From Spirochaetia bacterium (lineage in GTDB: Bacteria; Spirochaetota; Spirochaetia; CADAEX01): 64,000 bases of DNA. Position numbers and translations under genes: made by a program. Under the pieces are notes generated by a model. The model was not told the DNA's origin, did not search any database, and saw only the letters and a list, made by a program, of their open reading frames with translations. Below are positions 59,529-64,000 of this stretch, piece by piece (positions within the stretch are counted from its first letter, which is position 1; every line of letters starts with the position of its first letter). The stretch covers positions 24,190 to 88,189 of the forward strand of contig CAXXHA010000030.1 of NCBI GenBank assembly GCA_963662265.2, read 5' to 3'.

Positions 59529-60458
59529 TCAGATATTGAAGTTATACTTACTCAGGAAAGACCTGACTTTATCCAGAATTGAGTCTGAATTTTCAGGGCT
59601 TTCCCAGATCACATTTTCAAGCTTTTTGAAAAACGTGATCTGCCTTTTTGCATATTTTCTGGAATCCTGCTTTATAAGCTCCTTGATATCTGAAATAGTA
59701 AAGCATCCTGTCCTTTCCATGAGAAGGAATTCGCTGTATCCGATTCCGCTCATTCCCGGATCAGCCTCACCATACCCCATCTTTCTGAGCTTCCTGTATT
59801 CATCTACAAGTCCGTTTTCAAACATTATTTCAACACGCCTGTTTATCCGGCTGTAGAGCTCTTCCCTGTCGCGTATAAGCCCTATAAGGAGAAAATCATA
59901 TTTCTCCCTCGGCCTGTCAGGCACTTTAAACGATGAAAGAGGTCTCCCCGATGCATGAAACACTTCGAGCGCCCTTGTGATGCGGTAGTGGTCATTTTCA
60001 GATATTCTGTTAAATGAAACAGGATCGACTTTCTCAAGTTCCCTTCTTAATGATTCAGGACCTTCAGTCTCAAGCCTGATCTGTATTTTCTCCCTTATTT
60101 CAGGTGAGCTTTCGGGTGATTCAGGCAGTCCGTAGATAAAATTCATGAGGAAAAAAGCATTCCCGCCTGATACAAGAGGTATTCTGCCCCTTTCATATAT
60201 CTCACTGCACAGGCGGTCGCCTTCCCTTACAAACTCACCTGCACCGAATTCCCTGTCAGGAGTAAGAAATCCTGTCAGGTGATGCTTTATCCTGTCGGTG
60301 ATTTCCCTTTCAGGCGCAGCAGTCCCGATATCCATGTATTTATATACCTGGAGCGAATCGAGATTAACTATTTCAGATATTCGGCTGAAATTAAGGAGGA
60401 ATTCTGTCTTACCGACAGCTGTCGGTCCGAAAATTACTATTACAGGAATTTTATTCAA
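59529..60458 (-). CDS. miaA: tRNA dimethylallyltransferase
   Basis: GPTAVGKT, DSLQVYKYMDIGTA, RALEV, IGYSE, YAKRQITF; TTG start. Confidence 0.95.
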   Translation of the reverse strand: MNKIPVIVIFGPTAVGKTEFLLNFSRISEIVNLDSLQVYKYMDIGTAAPEREITDRIKHHLTGFLTPDREFGAGEFVREGDRLCSEIYERGRIPLVSGGNAFFLMNFIYGLPESPESSPEIREKIQIRLETEGPESLRRELEKVDPVSFNRISENDHYRITRALEVFHASGRPLSSFKVPDRPREKYDFLLIGLIRDREELYSRINRRVEIMFENGLVDEYRKLRKMGYGEADPGMSGIGYSEFLLMERTGCFTISDIKELIKQDSRKYAKRQITFFKKLENVIWESPENSDSILDKVRSFLSKYNFNI

Positions 60459-60500
60459 GGGAAACAGCCTCTGTTATTATGAATTTAAAGTATATTTTAT

Positions 60501-60675
60501 GGGCACTTCCAAAAACTCGCTTTTGCGAGTTTTTTCCTTAGATTTTCGCCCACAAGGGAATCTGCAAGAGAAAAACTATGTTTTTGTTTTACAAGAAATT
60601 ATTACCACACAAGTGTCTATAGTCAAAATTAGAATAAATGAAACAAAATAAAAAACATAGTTTTTAGAGATTCCC
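60501..60675. mobile_element. 175-bp MITE-like non-autonomous element
   Basis: TIRs GGGCACTTCCAAAAACT and (reverse complement) GGGAATCTCTAAAAACT, 13/17 identical; flanked by TTAT on both sides; internal inverted copy of the right end. Confidence 0.6.
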
Positions 60676-60779
60676 TTATATAAAAAAATGCCTGCAGCAG
60701 CTATTTCCGCTTAAACAGGCAGTTTTTTAATGTGTATTTAAGATTTAACCGCTACTGATAATCAGTACGGTATATAACA

Positions 60780-60803
60780 GCAGCAGAAGATTTCTTCTGC
60801 TGC
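60780..60803 (-). terminator. Hairpin after rpoZ
   Basis: GCAGCAGAAGA-TT-TCTTCTGCTGC perfect stem. Confidence 0.55.
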
Positions 60804-60813
60804 GATTTCAATA

Positions 60814-61008
60814 TTAATCTTCCAGTCTGTATTCGATTTTATCAGTAAGAATCTGCTTGAGTGATGCTGAAACTACTTTTTCTTTCCCATCTTCAAGATC
60901 ATCATCTCCTGTTACTGTTATCTGTGAAGCTCTTTTAATAGCAGCACATGTCATTTCATATACATTTTCTTCATTATCAACAAGTTTGTCGATTGGAATC
61001 ATCAGCAT
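60814..61008 (-). CDS. rpoZ: RNA polymerase omega subunit (spirochaete type)
   Basis: NVYEMTCAAIKRASQI...KVVS.SL; position between the kinase and miaA. Confidence 0.8.
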   Translation of the reverse strand: MLMIPIDKLVDNEENVYEMTCAAIKRASQITVTGDDDLEDGKEKVVSASLKQILTDKIEYRLED

Positions 61009-61203
61009 TCATCTCCTATATATTTGTTTAAAACCAGAAAAAGACTGATCTTAATTATCATATTTTAAATATCTCTATAACTCCTTCACTGCCATAGAGA
61101 TATAACCTGTACTATATTAAATAATACAACAAAAGTAAAGATTTATACAACATCCTGAAATTGCAGTCAGCCTGCAGCAGCACTGTAATTAAATCACTTT
61201 TAT

Positions 61204-61734
61204 TTAATTCAGAAGATTTCTTTTTCTGATCTCAACAGCTTTCAGAATTATTTCAGCAACTGCATCAGGCAGAAAATGCTCAGTATTTATAAGAATATCA
61301 ACATGTCTGTAGTCATTGTTATCGATACTGTAGAGATTCTTGTATCTTTCAGTGTCTCTTTCATCCCTTGCAATTGTCTTATCAAGAATTTCCTGATAAT
61401 CCCCACCCTCTCTCCTGTGAATTCTTGCCGCCCTGATCTCCTCGCCTGCATCAAGGAAAACCCTGAGATCAGCATCTTCAATCAGCCATACAGCAAGTCT
61501 TGATCCCAGCACGCATTCACCTTCGGAGGCAAGCTCCTTCTGCCTGTTATCAAGATAAATATCATACTTGTTGTCTTTTTCAGCCATTCTGCAGAAATCA
61601 TCAAAATCAATACCCTGCTCTTCAGCCATAGTATGAAAAGTGTAGTTGATAAGTTTAAAATTAAGTTTTTCAGCAACAATCTTGCTTACAGTTGTATTAC
61701 CGCAACCGCTTTTACCTGAAATTGCAATTTTCAT
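61204..61734 (-). CDS. cmk: Archaeal-type (type 2) cytidylate kinase-like NMP kinase
   Basis: IAISGKSGCGNTT, D..LD.RQ, GSRLAVW, RA.RI..REG, RY..LY.ID. Confidence 0.8.
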   Translation of the reverse strand: MKIAISGKSGCGNTTVSKIVAEKLNFKLINYTFHTMAEEQGIDFDDFCRMAEKDNKYDIYLDNRQKELASEGECVLGSRLAVWLIEDADLRVFLDAGEEIRAARIHRREGGDYQEILDKTIARDERDTERYKNLYSIDNNDYRHVDILINTEHFLPDAVAEIILKAVEIRKRNLLN

Positions 61735-62604
61735 TTAAGCTATATTCCTCACCTGTTCTCTTATATTTTCAAGTGCATCACGTGCATCTACTATTGCCTG
61801 ATTTATTTCTATTTTAATACTTTTTGATCCTATTGTGTTGATTTCCCTGTTCATTTCCTGACATATGAAGTCCAGTTTCTTACCTACAAGGCTGTCGCCG
61901 GAATTGAATGTCTTTCTGAAGCCCTCGATATGGCTCTTGAGCCTCACTATTTCCTCGTTTATACTGAATCGTACAAGCATTACAGCTGTTTCTGTGTAAA
62001 TCCTTGTATCATCAATACCCTCTCCCAGAAGATCCTTAAACTTTTCTCTCAGGTTATTCTTTATATCCTGTTCAAGTGTTTCAGCTTTTTCTTCAATTTT
62101 CAAAACTGTATTTTCAATTACAGAGAGCTGGCTGTTTATATCTTCCGCAGTTTTTTCAGCCTCCCTGTCCCTGTTTTCATCATACTGTTTATATGTTTTA
62201 TCAAGAGTGCTGAATATTATGTCTCTGAAATATTCAATATCCCGGTTTTTCACCTTCTTGAAAACACCTTCCATCCTCATGATATTCGACAGTGTAATTC
62301 CCTTCTCAATACCGGCAAGCTCTGAAAGTTCTCTCAGTGCTTCAATACTTGCAGATGCGACAGCACGGTCAATTATTACAGATACATCCTCTTCAATTTC
62401 CTTGACCCTTATATTGAATTCAACCTTGCCTCTTTCTATTCTTTCAGACAGGTAATTCCTGAGCTCAGGCTCAAGCTGGGAAAGAAAAGAAGGCATATTC
62501 ATATTAAGGTCCAGATACCTGTTGTTGTATGATTTAAGTTCAACAACCAGTCCTATTTTTTCATTCTGAATTTCGTTGTATCCGTATCCTGTCATGCTTT
62601 TCAT
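61735..62604 (-). CDS. yicC: YicC/YloC family endoribonuclease
   Basis: MKSMTGYG, SYNNRYLD, RGKV, EEIVRLKSH, GKKLDFICQEMNREINTIGSK, REQVRN. Confidence 0.93.
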   Translation of the reverse strand: MKSMTGYGYNEIQNEKIGLVVELKSYNNRYLDLNMNMPSFLSQLEPELRNYLSERIERGKVEFNIRVKEIEEDVSVIIDRAVASASIEALRELSELAGIEKGITLSNIMRMEGVFKKVKNRDIEYFRDIIFSTLDKTYKQYDENRDREAEKTAEDINSQLSVIENTVLKIEEKAETLEQDIKNNLREKFKDLLGEGIDDTRIYTETAVMLVRFSINEEIVRLKSHIEGFRKTFNSGDSLVGKKLDFICQEMNREINTIGSKSIKIEINQAIVDARDALENIREQVRNIA

Positions 62605-62607
62605 ATG

Positions 62608-64000
62608 CTATTCTCCGTTTCCGTAGCTTTCAAAGAGTTTTCTGCCCAGGGTCCAGTTGTCGCCGGCCCCCATGGTGATAAACACATCGCCTTTTTTAAG
62701 TTCTTTTTTCAGGTAATCATATGCTGATAGAGGTTCTTCATAATAACAGACATTGTCATGAAAGTCACATACTCTGTCGAAAAATCTTCGGTCAAGATCG
62801 GTTTTTATCCCTTTTTCTCTTGCAGAAGAATAGATTTTATTAATAATCACCAGGTCTGCTGCAGAAAAAGCAGATGCAAAATCATCAAAAAGAGCTTCTG
62901 TTCGTGAATATGTATGGGACATGAAATCAACAATAATTCTTCTCCCGGGATAGAAGCTTTTAAAGCCTTCAATAGTTGTCTTCAACGCTGTCGGATGATG
63001 GGCATAATCATCCATGAAAAGAATACCCTCTCTTTCCCCGAGGATTTCACTCCTTCTCCTGCTTCCGGAAAATGCAAATAGGCCCTCAGCAAGCTTTTCT
63101 TCAAATTCCTTACCTGCATCTGATATCATTTTTCCTGTATCTTTTAAATAATTATATTCTTCAGATGAAACAGCTGAATCAGAAGCTTTATTAAGCTTAT
63201 CAGAGCCTGTTACACCTTTAATACTGCTGTAGATTACAAGAGCTGCAGCAGCAGCTCCTGCACTATTGAGAACTGTATGTTTCCCGGGAATCCTGACAGA
63301 AAATTCCGTATCAAAACCTGCCAGATGGAAAGAGCTTTTTCCTGCTTTCTGTTCAATACCTGTTACTTTAAAATCACCCTCAGCTGTAAATCCGTACGGA
63401 ATCAGATTAATATCATTTCTATCTTCTGCAAGTTTTGCAGCAAGTGATGAAGCTCCGCTGTCATCGGCGCAGTAGACAAGAGTCCCCCCTTGCGGCAGTT
63501 TTACCGCATATTCATAAAATGCACTGAATATATCATCATAGTCTTTGAAATAGTCAAGGTGATCAGGTTCTATCCCTGTAAGCAGTATCAGATCAGGGTT
63601 AAAGGAAAGGAAATGCCTCTTGTATTCACATGTTTCTGCTGCAAAATATTCCCTGCCTTTTTATCAGTGTTGATTTTCCGTCAAAGTTTGAAACTGCTGA
63701 GCCTGCAAGTACAGAAACAGGAAGCTTTATACTCTTAAGCACTGTACCGAGCAGACCAGTTGTTGTTGTCTTGCCGTGTACACCTGCAATTCCGCACGAC
63801 TTTATATCTGCAGAAAACGCACCGAGAGCCTCGGTATATTCCTTGATAACCAGCCCCTTACCGGCAGCTGCAATAAGTTCCGGATTTGACTCCCTTGAAT
63901 ATGCAGATGAATGGATGACAAGATCTGCGTCAGAAGGGACATTTTCAGCCCTGAACCCTTCGTTATAGGGAATTGCAAGAGAAGTCAGAACTTCATCTGT
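62608..64000 (-). CDS. murC: UDP-N-acetylmuramate--L-alanine ligase; 5' end outside the window; one homopolymer frameshift at about 63660
   Basis: GIAGVHGKTTTT, ETCEYKRHFL, IEPDHLDYF, DDYAHHPT, HTYSRT, MGAG; the frame is open 62608-63660, and removing one T from the T5 run at 63658-62 joins the upstream frame. Confidence 0.93.

Noticed and set aside
60279-60651. Plus-strand ORFs overlapping the miaA start and the MITE
   Set aside because: They are antisense to miaA and read through a non-coding repeat element, with no motif.
62608-64000. murC as a true pseudogene
   Set aside because: A single extra base in a T5 run breaks an essential peptidoglycan gene with all motifs intact; a sequencing error is far more likely.

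Overview
AT-rich bacterial chromosome segment, most likely from a free-living anaerobic spirochaete. The basis is the murC-yicC-cmk-rpoZ-miaA order, flgF-flgG-flgJ, several FecR proteins, and spirochaete-type sigma-28 promoters. It is mostly housekeeping and metabolic: mfd, dacA, tpx, a TRAP transporter, tsaD, nfo, trxA, cysK-metY-metA, fabK, folC, rqcH, miaA, rpoZ and murC. It also carries one tRNA-Asn(GTT), a complete IS3-family element with a 4-bp target duplication and a 175-bp MITE-like element. No CRISPR array, prophage or recognisable defence island was seen. Three patches (17.6-23.1, 39.5-45.2 and 63.66 kb) carry frameshifts, mostly single-base homopolymer indels that look like long-read errors. 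The most notable signals are: (1) two tandem small-RNA-like units with matching ECF-type promoters, anti-Shine-Dalgarno cores and terminators; (2) a membrane adenylyl cyclase with a CheA-like degenerate Hpt N-terminus, coupled to a FecR/FN3 protein; (3) a preQ1-I riboswitch over the RBS of a queuosine-precursor transporter; (4) a HisD paralogue with swapped Zn ligands; (5) a split AmmeMemoRadiSam system whose MEMO subunit is degenerate. All calls come from reading the sequence by eye; no database search was run.
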